This document shows positions 30,741 to 39,971 of a stretch of DNA of 64,000 bases, piece after piece. The stretch is taken from positions 2,412 to 66,411 of the forward strand of contig JAEDIG010000001.1 of assembly GCA_016292545.1 (NCBI GenBank). Reading direction: 5' to 3'. Origin of the DNA: Bacteroidaceae bacterium (GTDB lineage: Bacteria > Bacteroidota > Bacteroidia > Bacteroidales > Bacteroidaceae). The notes below the pieces were generated by a model. That model was not told where the DNA came from and did not search any database. It saw only the letters and a program-made list of their open reading frames with translations. Positions within the stretch are counted from its first letter, which is position 1. Each line of letters begins with the position of its first letter. Both the position numbers and the translations under genes were made by a program.

Positions 30741-32579
30741 ATGCGCAAGCGAATACTATTTTTCCTTTTAGCGATTGTTCCTGTTGTGACATTCTCCCAA
30801 GAGACATCCCGCACCTCGGCTATCGGATGGCCCGAGCAATATACGGGTGTCATGTTGCAGGGTTTCTCCTGGGACAACTACAGCCAGAGCCGTTGGTCCA
30901 GGCTCGAACGTCAGGCTGGTGAACTGGCCGGATGGTTCGACCTTGTATGGATTCCCAATTCGGGCTACTGCGCACAGCACAACAACATGGGCTATCTGCC
31001 TTTGTACTATTGGAACCAGAACTCCAGTTTCGGCACAGAAGCCGAACTGCGTTCCCTCATTCGCACTTTCCGGCAAAACGGTATTGCCACCATTGCCGAT
31101 GTGGTTATCAACCACCATAACACCAATGGATGGTTCGGATTCCCCCAGGAGACCTATCAGGGGGAGACCTATCAGTTTCTGAGCACCGACATCTGCAACA
31201 ACGATGATGGGGGAGATGCCCTCACGGAGGCTGCGGCACAGGGCGTGACCCTCTCTTCCAACAAGGATTCGGGAGAGGACTGGCCGGGTTGTCGCGACCT
31301 CGACCATCAGTCGGCCAATGTGCAGCGCATTGTGAAGGCATACGAAGACTATCTGCTCCACGACCTGGGCTATGCCGGTTTCCGCTACGATATGGTGAAG
31401 GGCTACGGTGCTCAGTACACAGCCCTCTACAACACTGCCTCGCAGCCCCGGTTCTCCGTGGGCGAGTGTTGGGATGGAAGCCAGACCATCAAGGCATGGA
31501 TCAACGGCACGAAGGTGGACGGTGTGCCCACCAGTGCTGCCTTCGACTTCCAGTTCCGCTATCGCGTTCGCGATGCCTTCAACGGAAATGACTGCCGTGC
31601 GCTTCTCAACACCTATACCGATGCCAACGGCACCGCCCTCAGCTACGATGCCGGCTACCGCCGCTGGGCCGTCACCTTTGTAGAGAACCACGACACCCAA
31701 TACCGCAGCGAGAGCGAACCGCTCGACCCGCTGAAGTGCGACACTGCTGCGGCCAATGCCTATATGCTGGCCATGCCCGGCACACCTTGTGTCTTCCTGC
31801 CCCATTGGCTGGACTACAAGGCGGATATACGCCGGCAGATTGCCCTGCGCAAGCTGGTGGGCATCCACTCGCAAAGCGCATTCCAGCATATCCAGCAGAG
31901 CGCGGGGGCTGTGGCCAATGTGGTGGACGGACTGAACGGCTCGCTCATTGTGGCCGTGGGAACGGGCGTGTCGCGCTACACACCCCGTGATTATGCCTCC
32001 ACCCATACGCTTGCCCTTGAGGGCCGTCACTACAAGTATTTCATCCCAAACGGCCTCATGGAACAGTGGCAGCAGACCGAGGCGGCCATCCGGCAGCAGG
32101 AGCAGGCCGAACGTGAGGAGGAAGACAACTTCCAGCCCTATGTGGCCACCATCTACTGCAAGGCGGATTTTGCGCCCGTCTATTTCTATGCGTGGGATTC
32201 CCAGCCGCTTCTTGGCAGCTGGCCCGGCCGGCTGATGACGGGGCAGACGCGTGTGGTGGACGGCGAGAACTGGTATTATATGGAATTCGACATTCCCACC
32301 AGAGACTATGAGTTCAACATCATCTTCAACCAGGGCAGCGGCAAGGCGCAGACCGATGACATATGCGGGCTCAGCCATACCCGCTTCTTTACGGCCACGC
32401 TGAGTGGCGGTAAGGTCGTGTATGAGGATGTCACCGATGCACATGCCAGCGGCATTGCCAGTCCGGCTCTGCCCTCTGCTGCAGCCACGACCGGGATGTT
32501 CGACCTCATGGGCCGCCGCCTGAAGGCCGTTCCTTCGCGCGGTGTCTATATCTGCAATGGCAAGAAAATCGTAAAATAA
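30741..32579 (+). CDS. GH13 alpha-amylase (SusG position) with C-terminal starch-binding module and T9SS-CTD-like tail
   Basis: Start at ATG 30741 (MRKRILFFLLAIVPVVTFSQ; no lipobox Cys). GH13 regions DVVINHH, GFRYDMVKG, VGECW, FVENHD. CBM-like YFYAWDSQPLLGSWPG. Tail MFDLMGRRLKAVPSRGVYICNGKKIVK. Confidence 0.85.
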   Translation: MRKRILFFLLAIVPVVTFSQETSRTSAIGWPEQYTGVMLQGFSWDNYSQSRWSRLERQAGELAGWFDLVWIPNSGYCAQHNNMGYLPLYYWNQNSSFGTEAELRSLIRTFRQNGIATIADVVINHHNTNGWFGFPQETYQGETYQFLSTDICNNDDGGDALTEAAAQGVTLSSNKDSGEDWPGCRDLDHQSANVQRIVKAYEDYLLHDLGYAGFRYDMVKGYGAQYTALYNTASQPRFSVGECWDGSQTIKAWINGTKVDGVPTSAAFDFQFRYRVRDAFNGNDCRALLNTYTDANGTALSYDAGYRRWAVTFVENHDTQYRSESEPLDPLKCDTAAANAYMLAMPGTPCVFLPHWLDYKADIRRQIALRKLVGIHSQSAFQHIQQSAGAVANVVDGLNGSLIVAVGTGVSRYTPRDYASTHTLALEGRHYKYFIPNGLMEQWQQTEAAIRQQEQAEREEEDNFQPYVATIYCKADFAPVYFYAWDSQPLLGSWPGRLMTGQTRVVDGENWYYMEFDIPTRDYEFNIIFNQGSGKAQTDDICGLSHTRFFTATLSGGKVVYEDVTDAHASGIASPALPSAAATTGMFDLMGRRLKAVPSRGVYICNGKKIVK

Positions 32580-32590
32580 AGCAATACATC

Positions 32591-33922
32591 ATGAAATCCT
32601 TACCAAATCTTTCCTTCTGGAAACTGTTCAACATCTCTGCCGGCTTCTTTGGCGTACAGATTGCCTACGCGCTGCAGAGTGCAAACATCTCACGCATCTT
32701 TGCCACGTTGGGAGCCGACCCCCATCAGCTGTCGTTCTTCTGGGTGCTGCCTCCCTTGATGGGCATGATCGTGCAGCCCATTATCGGTGTGCTCAGCGAC
32801 AAGACCTGGTGCCGCTTCGGGCGGCGCATCCCCTACCTGTTTGTGGGTGCTGTCATTGCCGTGGCGGTCATGCTTATGTTGCCCAATGCAGGCAGCTTCG
32901 GCCTCACCACACAGGTGGTCATGTGGGGCCTGACGGGCACCATGCTCTTCGGCCTTATGTCGCTCATGCTGCTCGACACGTCTATCAACATCGCCATGCA
33001 GCCGTTCAAGATGATGGTGGGCGACATGGTCAACGAGCAGCAGAAGAGTGTGGCCTACAGCATCCAGTCGTTTCTCTGCAATGCCGGTTCGCTGGTGGGC
33101 TATCTGTTCCCATACGTCTTCACCTATCTGGGCATTTCCAACATTGCCCCCGAGGGCGTCATTCCCAATTCGGTGATTTATTCCTTCTATGTGGGGGCTG
33201 CCATCCTCATCCTGTGTGTCATCTACACCACGCTGAATGTCAGGGAGTATTCGCCCGAACAGATGAAAGCCTATAGCGTGGAGTGCCCGTCTGCCGCTTC
33301 CGCAGCCTCCGCTGTCCGGGGCCAAAAGGTGTCCATCTCCTCTATCTTCCTCTCCATCGGCTCGGTGCAGTTCTTCTGCTGGGCCGCTTTCATGTACATG
33401 TGGACCTACACCAACGGTGCCATTGCCGCCCAGTGCTGGGGCACCACCGATGTGTATTCGGCAGGCTATCAGGAAGCGGGCAACTGGGTGGGAGTGGCCT
33501 TTGCCGTGCAGGCCATTGGTTCGGTGATATGGGCCGCCCTCATCCCCATGCTCACCCGCCTCACTTCCACCCGCATTGCCTACATGCTTTCGCTGCTGAT
33601 TGGGGCAGTGGGATTCGTCAGCACGCTCTGGGTCACCAACCAGTATGTGCTGCTGGGCAGTTTCCTGCTTGTGGGCTGTGCCTGGGCGGGCATGCTGGCT
33701 TTCCCCTTCATCCTTTTCACCAATGCCCTGCAGGGCAATCCCAAGATGGGCACCTATCTGGGCCTTTTCAACTGCACCATCTGCCTGCCCCAGATTGTGG
33801 CAGCCGTCTTCGGCGGTGCACTTCTCGGCCTGGTGGGCGGCGAGCAGGTGATGATGCTTGTCATTGCCGGTGTCTTCTTGGTTGTTGGTTCATTATGCGT
33901 TTTCACCATTAAAGAAAAATAA
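32591..33922 (+). CDS. MFS (GPH/SLC45-like) sugar:cation symporter, probable maltose/maltodextrin importer
   Basis: About 12 predicted TM helices. Motif GVLSDKTWCRFGRRIPY (D-x-x-x-x-x-GRR loop typical of GPH/SLC45). Embedded in the alpha-glucan PUL. Confidence 0.8.
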   Translation: MKSLPNLSFWKLFNISAGFFGVQIAYALQSANISRIFATLGADPHQLSFFWVLPPLMGMIVQPIIGVLSDKTWCRFGRRIPYLFVGAVIAVAVMLMLPNAGSFGLTTQVVMWGLTGTMLFGLMSLMLLDTSINIAMQPFKMMVGDMVNEQQKSVAYSIQSFLCNAGSLVGYLFPYVFTYLGISNIAPEGVIPNSVIYSFYVGAAILILCVIYTTLNVREYSPEQMKAYSVECPSAASAASAVRGQKVSISSIFLSIGSVQFFCWAAFMYMWTYTNGAIAAQCWGTTDVYSAGYQEAGNWVGVAFAVQAIGSVIWAALIPMLTRLTSTRIAYMLSLLIGAVGFVSTLWVTNQYVLLGSFLLVGCAWAGMLAFPFILFTNALQGNPKMGTYLGLFNCTICLPQIVAAVFGGALLGLVGGEQVMMLVIAGVFLVVGSLCVFTIKEK

Positions 33923-33930
33923 ATACTGTT

Positions 33931-35871
33931 ATGCGTAACATACACGAAGGATTCCGCAACGCGGGAACAGCCGTTCCAGTCTTTTCACTCCGCAGTGAAG
34001 GTAGCTTTGGCGTGGGTGATTTCGGCGATTTGCAGCGAATGACCGACTGGGTGGCCAAGACCGGCCAGCACATCCTGCAGATTCTGCCCATCAACGACAC
34101 TACCAGCACCCACACCTGGGTGGACTCTTACCCCTATTCGGCCATCAGTATCTATGCCCTTCATCCCATGTATTGCGACTTGCGCCAGCTGCCTGCGCTC
34201 AAGGACAAGGCCAAGGCTGCCCAGATGGAGGCCCGGCGCCAGCAGCTCAACAGCCTGCCGCAGGTGGACTACGAAGCGGTGAACAACTGCAAGAACGAAT
34301 ATCTCCATCTGATATTCAAGCAGGTGTCGGCCAGCGTGCGCCGCACCAAGGCCTACCGCCTGTTCCTGGAAGAAACGGCCCATTGGCTGAATGGCTATGT
34401 GGACTTCTGCTGCCAGCGCGACCAGTCGGACCAGCCCGACTATTACCGTTGGGTGCAGTTTGTGCTGGACCAGCAGATGAAGGCCACCCATGAACATGCC
34501 CGTGAGGTGGGCGTGATGCTGAAGGGCGACATACCGATTGGTGTGAACCGCCATGGCGCCGATGTCCTGCTCGACCCCCGCTATTTCAACATGAACGGAC
34601 AGGCGGGTGCGCCGCCCGACAATTTCTCGGCCAACGGCCAGAACTGGGGCTTCCCCACCTACAACTGGGACGAGATGCTCAAGGACGACTGCCAGTGGTG
34701 GGTGCGCCGCTTCCAGAACATGGCCAAGTATTTCGATGCCTACCGCATCGACCACGTGCTGGGCTTCTTCCGCATCTGGGAGATTCCCACCCATGCCGTC
34801 CATGGCCTGCTGGGCCAGTTCCAGCCGGCCCTGCCGCTTTCCAAGCAGGAGATAGAGGGCTATGGGCTTTTCCTCGACGAGGAGTTCATGACGCAGCCTT
34901 TCATTGCCGACTGGGTTGTCGACCGCCTTTTCCCCGGCCGCAGCGGGTGGGTGAAGGCTGTATGCCTCGACCATCAGCACGACGACATCTGGCAACTGAA
35001 GCCTGCATTCAGCACGCAGCGCAAGGTGGAAGCCTGGTTCAATGCCCATGAGGGCGAAACTGTGGACGCAGACGGAGCAGACCGTTTCCGGATTGACGAG
35101 TCGCTCCGCGATGGCCTTTATACCCTTGTCGGCAATGTGCTTTTTGTGCGCGACCACAAGCGTCCCGAACGCTTCCATCCCCGCATCGCTGTGCAGAACG
35201 ACCCTGTCTATGAAACACTCTGGCAGCACGACAAGGACAACTTCAACCGTCTCTACAACGACTTCTACTATCATCGCCACAACCAGTTCTGGTATGAGGA
35301 AGCCATGAAGAAGCTGCCGCGCCTCTGCGATGCCACCGAGATGATCTGTTGTGCCGAGGACCTGGGCATGGTGCCCGACTGTGTGCCCTGGGTGATGAAC
35401 CAGCTCCAGATTCTCACGCTCGAACTCCAGTCCATGCCCAAGGACCCTGCCTGCAGGTTCGGCCATCTGGAACGCAATCCCTGGCGTTCTGTGTGCACCA
35501 TCTCCAGCCATGATTCTGCCACCATGCGCATGTGGTGGGACGAGGACGAAAAGCTCACCCAGGAGTTCTACAACACCATGCTGGGACATGGCGGACCCGC
35601 TCCCCATCCCATGCCCGGATGGCTGGCTGCCGACATGGTGCAGCGCCATCTCTGCTGCCCCTCTGCCTTCTGCATCATCACCCTGCAGGACTGGCTCGCC
35701 TGCTCCGAGACGCTCCGCCTTCCCGATGCCAGTGCCGAGCGCATCAACATCCCGGCCAATCCCCGCCATTACTGGCGCTACCGCATGCACCTCACCATCG
35801 AGGAACTGATGGCTGCGGATGAACTCAATGACATGATACTCAATATGGTGAAAAATGGACAGCGTGCGTAG
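33931..35871 (+). CDS. malQ: 4-alpha-glucanotransferase (GH77, amylomaltase)
   Basis: N-terminus AGTAVPVFSLRSEGSFGVGDFGDL. Motifs GDIPIGV, YRIDHVLGFFRIWEIP, CAEDLGMVP. Confidence 0.9.
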   Translation: MRNIHEGFRNAGTAVPVFSLRSEGSFGVGDFGDLQRMTDWVAKTGQHILQILPINDTTSTHTWVDSYPYSAISIYALHPMYCDLRQLPALKDKAKAAQMEARRQQLNSLPQVDYEAVNNCKNEYLHLIFKQVSASVRRTKAYRLFLEETAHWLNGYVDFCCQRDQSDQPDYYRWVQFVLDQQMKATHEHAREVGVMLKGDIPIGVNRHGADVLLDPRYFNMNGQAGAPPDNFSANGQNWGFPTYNWDEMLKDDCQWWVRRFQNMAKYFDAYRIDHVLGFFRIWEIPTHAVHGLLGQFQPALPLSKQEIEGYGLFLDEEFMTQPFIADWVVDRLFPGRSGWVKAVCLDHQHDDIWQLKPAFSTQRKVEAWFNAHEGETVDADGADRFRIDESLRDGLYTLVGNVLFVRDHKRPERFHPRIAVQNDPVYETLWQHDKDNFNRLYNDFYYHRHNQFWYEEAMKKLPRLCDATEMICCAEDLGMVPDCVPWVMNQLQILTLELQSMPKDPACRFGHLERNPWRSVCTISSHDSATMRMWWDEDEKLTQEFYNTMLGHGGPAPHPMPGWLAADMVQRHLCCPSAFCIITLQDWLACSETLRLPDASAERINIPANPRHYWRYRMHLTIEELMAADELNDMILNMVKNGQRA

Positions 35872-37108
35872 CATTTTCATGGGGCTGCTCCTTGTGCCGC
35901 TCTCGCTCATGGGACAGACGTTCTGGCGCGGGGCAGACATCTCGTGGTACACGGAGATGGAGGCCGACGGCAGGCGCTTCTGTAACCAGCAGGGCGAGGA
36001 GCGCAGCTGCCCTGCGTTGATGAAGGAACTGGGAATGAATGCAGTCCGCCTGCGTGTGTGGGTGAATCCGTCGCTCCGCTTGTGCGACTATTGCCACACG
36101 GCCGATGTGGTGGCCAAGGCCAAGGCGGCCAGTGCTTTGGGAATGGAAGTGCTCATTGATTTCCATTACAGCGACTGGTGGGCCGACCCCGGCCGCCAGG
36201 ACATTCCTGCCGAATGGACCGACAAGTCGGTTGCAGCCCTGCAGAAAGCTGTGGACGGCCACACCAAGGCTGTGCTCACAGCCCTCAAGGATGCTGGCGT
36301 GCAGCCGCGCTGGGTGCAGGTGGGCAACGAAACCAACAGCGGCATGCTGTTGGAAACGGGCCGTGCCAGTGATGCCAGCACAGCCTATGCCCAGCTGTTC
36401 CAGTCGGGTGCCGAGGCCGCACGCGAGGTTTTTCCCAATATACAGGTGATTGCACATCTGGCCAATGGCTATGACCAGGGCTCGCTGCTCTGGAACCTGA
36501 ATCTTTTGAAGAAGGGTGGAGCCCGGTTTGATATGATAGGCCTTTCCTGCTATCCCTCGCTCTATCGCTATTGGTCGGATGGCAAGTATGTCAATGTCAG
36601 GTTCTGGTCTGAAACGGACCGTAGGGAGGTTACGTTGACCTCTGCCGCTGACTATATCCGTGCCACCTTCGAGAGCATCGATTTCCTGGCCTCCCGCTTT
36701 GGTGTGCCCGTGATGATATGCGAGACGGGGGTGCCGGTGGCAGATGTAGCTGCTGGTGCCCAGCTTGTCGCGGATCTCATGACGCGTGCCCGCAGCAATC
36801 CTCACTGCCAGGGTGTCTTCTACTGGGAACCGGAGTGCGAGCCTTCCTGGCGTCCGTCGAGCTATGAGGCCTGGGGATGGAATGCCTACGACATGGGTGC
36901 CTTCCAGAACGGCAGGCCCACAGCCATCCTCGATGCCTTCTCCCCCACCGACGACGAGCGGCTCACCGAGCCTGTCCCTGTAGTCCGGGCTTCTGCTGGC
37001 AGGGTTCCTACGTACGACCTCTGTGGCCGTCCTGTCACATCCCCCTGCGGCATCTATATCCGCGATGGCCGGATTGTTGCCCATTCCCATAAGTTCAGTA
37101 AACAATAA
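35855..37108 (+). CDS. GH53 arabinogalactan endo-beta-1,4-galactanase with T9SS-CTD-like tail
   Basis: Motifs GADISWYTEME, NAVRLRVWVNP, IDFHYSDWWADPGRQ, VQVGNETNSGML. Has a signal peptide. Tail YDLCGRPVTSPCGIYIRDGRIV. Overlaps the malQ end by 17 nt. Confidence 0.82.
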   Translation: MDSVRSIFMGLLLVPLSLMGQTFWRGADISWYTEMEADGRRFCNQQGEERSCPALMKELGMNAVRLRVWVNPSLRLCDYCHTADVVAKAKAASALGMEVLIDFHYSDWWADPGRQDIPAEWTDKSVAALQKAVDGHTKAVLTALKDAGVQPRWVQVGNETNSGMLLETGRASDASTAYAQLFQSGAEAAREVFPNIQVIAHLANGYDQGSLLWNLNLLKKGGARFDMIGLSCYPSLYRYWSDGKYVNVRFWSETDRREVTLTSAADYIRATFESIDFLASRFGVPVMICETGVPVADVAAGAQLVADLMTRARSNPHCQGVFYWEPECEPSWRPSSYEAWGWNAYDMGAFQNGRPTAILDAFSPTDDERLTEPVPVVRASAGRVPTYDLCGRPVTSPCGIYIRDGRIVAHSHKFSKQ

Positions 37109-37134
37109 AAACAAACGAAATCCTATATTAATAT

Positions 37135-39063
37135 ATGTATATCCCAAGATTCATTCCGCTCACAGCGTTTCTTCTGCTTATGATTACATCTTGTTCGCAA
37201 CCGACCGATGACCCACGTGTTTTCAATGAGATGGAGTATACTCCACAGCAAACCACCTTCTGCCTCAATGCTCCCTCCGATGCACAGGAAGTGAAGCTGC
37301 GCCTCTATGAGTCGGCCGTGGCCGGGCAGCCCGTGCGCACCGTTTCCCTCAAGCGTGTGGCCGACGACCGCTGGACGGCTGTTGTGCCGGGCGACCTGAT
37401 GGGCATGTTCTACACCTTCGATATGGGGCGTGGCGAATGTCCCGGCACCTTTGCCAAGGCCGTGGGTGTCAATGGCAAGCGTGCCGCCATCATCGACCTT
37501 TCTGCCACCGACCCCGAGGGCTGGGCCGAAGATGTGCGTCCTGCCCTGGAAACGCCTGCCGACATGGTGGTGTATGAGATGCACCATCGCGACTTCTCCA
37601 TCCATCCCAGCCGTGGCAGCCGTTATCCGGGCAAGTTTCTGGCCCTCACGGAACCCGATAACATCCGGTATCTCCAGGACCTGGGCATCAATGCCGTGCA
37701 GATTCTCCCATCCTATGATTATGCCACGGTCGATGAGAGCCGCCCCGATGTACCCCAATACAACTGGGGCTACGACCCGCTCAACTACAATGTGCCCGAG
37801 GGCTCCTATTCCACCGATGCCACGCGTCCCGAAGTGCGCATCCGCGAATTCAAGCAGATGGTGCAGGCACTCCACCGGGCGGGCATACGTGTGATTCTGG
37901 ATGTGGTGTACAATCATTGCATGAGCATTGACGGCAGCAATTTCCAGCTCACCTATCCCGACTATTACTTCCGCAAACTGGCCGACGGGAAATATTCCGA
38001 CGGATCTGGATGCGGCAACGAAACGGCTTCAGAACGTCCGCTCATGCGACAGTTCATGCTGGAGAGCGTGCGCTATTGGATTGAGGAATACCACATCGAT
38101 GGCTTCCGTTTCGACCTCATGGGCATCCACGACATTGAGACGATGAACCTCATCCGTCAGGAGGTGGACAAGATAGACCCTTCCATCACCATCTATGGCG
38201 AGGGATGGAGTGCCGGCCAGTGTGCCATCGAACAGGAGCGGCTGGCCATGAAGGCCGTCACCTACAAGATGCCGGGCATCGGTGCGTTTGCCGATGACAT
38301 GCGCGATGCCATCCGTGGCCCCTTTAGCGACGACACCAAGCCTGCTTTCCTGGCTGCCTTGCCCGGCCATGAGGAGAGCATCAAGTTCGGACTGGTGGGA
38401 GGCATCCGGCATCCGCAGGTCGACATGGAGCGCGTGAACTACAGCAAGGAACCCTGGACTGCCCAGCCCACCCAGCATGTCAGCTATGTGTCTTGCCACG
38501 ACGACATGAGCCTTGTGGACCGTCTGCGTGCGTCCTTCCCTGGCATCCAGACGGAGGAGCTCATCCGCCTGGATAAACTGGCACAGACCTTCGTCCTCAC
38601 CTCGCAGGGCATTCCATTCCTTTGGGCCGGCGAGGAAGTGCTGCGCGACAAGAAGGGTGTCCACAACTCCTATAACCAGCCGGACTCCATCAATCAGATC
38701 GACTGGACCCATCTGGAGAAGTATCAGGATGTGTTCCGTTATTACCGTGGTCTCATCCAGATGCGCCGTGCCCACAAGGCATTCCGCATGGCCGATGCCG
38801 AGCTGGTGCGCAGCCACATGCTTTTCCTCGATGCCCCCTCTTGTGTGGTGGCTTTCATGCTCGACGGGCAGGCTGTAGGTGACAGCTGGAACCACATTGT
38901 CTGCATCATGAACTCCAACCGCACGCCCCAGAGTGTCACCATTCCCCAGGGAACCTATACGGTGGTTTGCCGCGACGGTCTTGTATGCTCCGATGGCCTC
39001 GACAGCGTGCAGGGCGGCACAGTGACAGTGGGTGCCCAGCAGGCCCTCATTCTTCACGACTAG
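37135..39063 (+). CDS. pulA: Type I pullulanase (GH13), lipoprotein
   Basis: Lipobox MITSC. Type I pullulanase signature YNWGYDP. GH13 regions DVVYNHC, GFRFDLMG, YGEGW, YVSCHD. Confidence 0.9.
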   Translation: MYIPRFIPLTAFLLLMITSCSQPTDDPRVFNEMEYTPQQTTFCLNAPSDAQEVKLRLYESAVAGQPVRTVSLKRVADDRWTAVVPGDLMGMFYTFDMGRGECPGTFAKAVGVNGKRAAIIDLSATDPEGWAEDVRPALETPADMVVYEMHHRDFSIHPSRGSRYPGKFLALTEPDNIRYLQDLGINAVQILPSYDYATVDESRPDVPQYNWGYDPLNYNVPEGSYSTDATRPEVRIREFKQMVQALHRAGIRVILDVVYNHCMSIDGSNFQLTYPDYYFRKLADGKYSDGSGCGNETASERPLMRQFMLESVRYWIEEYHIDGFRFDLMGIHDIETMNLIRQEVDKIDPSITIYGEGWSAGQCAIEQERLAMKAVTYKMPGIGAFADDMRDAIRGPFSDDTKPAFLAALPGHEESIKFGLVGGIRHPQVDMERVNYSKEPWTAQPTQHVSYVSCHDDMSLVDRLRASFPGIQTEELIRLDKLAQTFVLTSQGIPFLWAGEEVLRDKKGVHNSYNQPDSINQIDWTHLEKYQDVFRYYRGLIQMRRAHKAFRMADAELVRSHMLFLDAPSCVVAFMLDGQAVGDSWNHIVCIMNSNRTPQSVTIPQGTYTVVCRDGLVCSDGLDSVQGGTVTVGAQQALILHD

Positions 39064-39086
39064 TTCAGTCCTGTGCTGTTCTGATT

Positions 39087-39127
39087 GCCCCCCCCTCAGC
39101 TCCCCTAAACGGGGGAACGAGGGGGGC
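39087..39127 (+). terminator. GC-rich nested stem-loop after the pullulanase gene
   Basis: GCCCCCCCCTC (39087-39097) pairs with GAGGGGGGC (39119-39127). An inner TCCCC/GGGGA hairpin sits at 39101-39116. No U-tract. Confidence 0.45.
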
Positions 39128-39613
39128 TGCTTGAACAAGCCGAGCGGATGCCAACCTTTACGACGGGAAGGCCTGTGGGCGAAAACATTGGCCATACAGT
39201 GCTCCACAAGGTCATTGTGGTGTATCGCGGTGTGGAAACGGTGATGTGCAAGGAGGTTCATGGGTGAAACGTTTTTTAGTGACGGCATTTATCTGTTTAT
39301 GTGTCTTCTGCAGGTGGTGCCATGCACCCTTACCGGCATTCCGACGGTGCAAAGTTACGACAAGGTTTCCGTTCCTGCAAGAGGTTTCCGACCTGGCGCC
39401 GCCTCGTTTCCGACCTGCCGTGCCGCCGGGCTGCTTCCTCGTGTGTATGCGCGCTCACATGCGTATCGCAGTGGACGCGGGACACCCGCTTCTCAAGGGC
39501 CTCTGGAGGGAGAAAATGGGGTCTCTTTTTTCCCTAACTGGAGAAATTTTGTTACCCAGTTGGGCAGCAAATTTTTTCCAGTTAGGCAGCAATGCGGCAC
39601 TGCCCGATGCCCT

Positions 39614-39865
39614 GAGCGTCCACAGTGTCCCGCGTCCACAGGAAGCGAATTGGGAGATGAAACCTGTATTCTATCTATTAATCAACCGTTCATTTATATA
39701 AACTTCAAGTCTCCATCGCGCGCGCGATATATATTAGTATTTATTAACTTGAAAAATCATTATTTTTCCCTCATAATATCCCTTCCTGGCCTCAGAACAG
39801 GGCAGCGGTGTGGGGGGGTGCAGGTGCAAATCGGTTCCAGTGGACGCGAGACACTGTGGACGCTC
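39614..39865. repeat. 26-bp near-perfect inverted repeats flanking a 200-bp AT-rich core (inverton- or MITE-like)
   Basis: The reverse complement of GAGCGTCCACAGTGTCCCGCGTCCAC (39614-39639) matches GTGGACGCGAGACACTGTGGACGCTC (39840-39865) at 25 of 26 positions. A third partial copy GTGGACGCGGGACAC lies at 39471-39485. The core contains the palindrome ATCGCGCGCGCGAT (39715-39728). Confidence 0.8.
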
Positions 39866-39971
39866 CGGCCAGTGCATCACGATGCCGCAGGAATGCATAC
39901 ATCATCACCGCCACGCCTTTGCCGGAATTCCAGCAGAAGCGTGGCGGTGATATTTTATGCGAAAAGGGGAG

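Noticed and set aside
33985-39288. Minus-strand ORFs 33985..35952 (655 aa), 35840..37147 (435 aa) and 38029..39288 (419 aa)
   Set aside because: These are shadow ORFs opposite malQ, the GH53 gene and pulA. They have no motifs, and their composition is typical of antisense reading of GC-rich genes.
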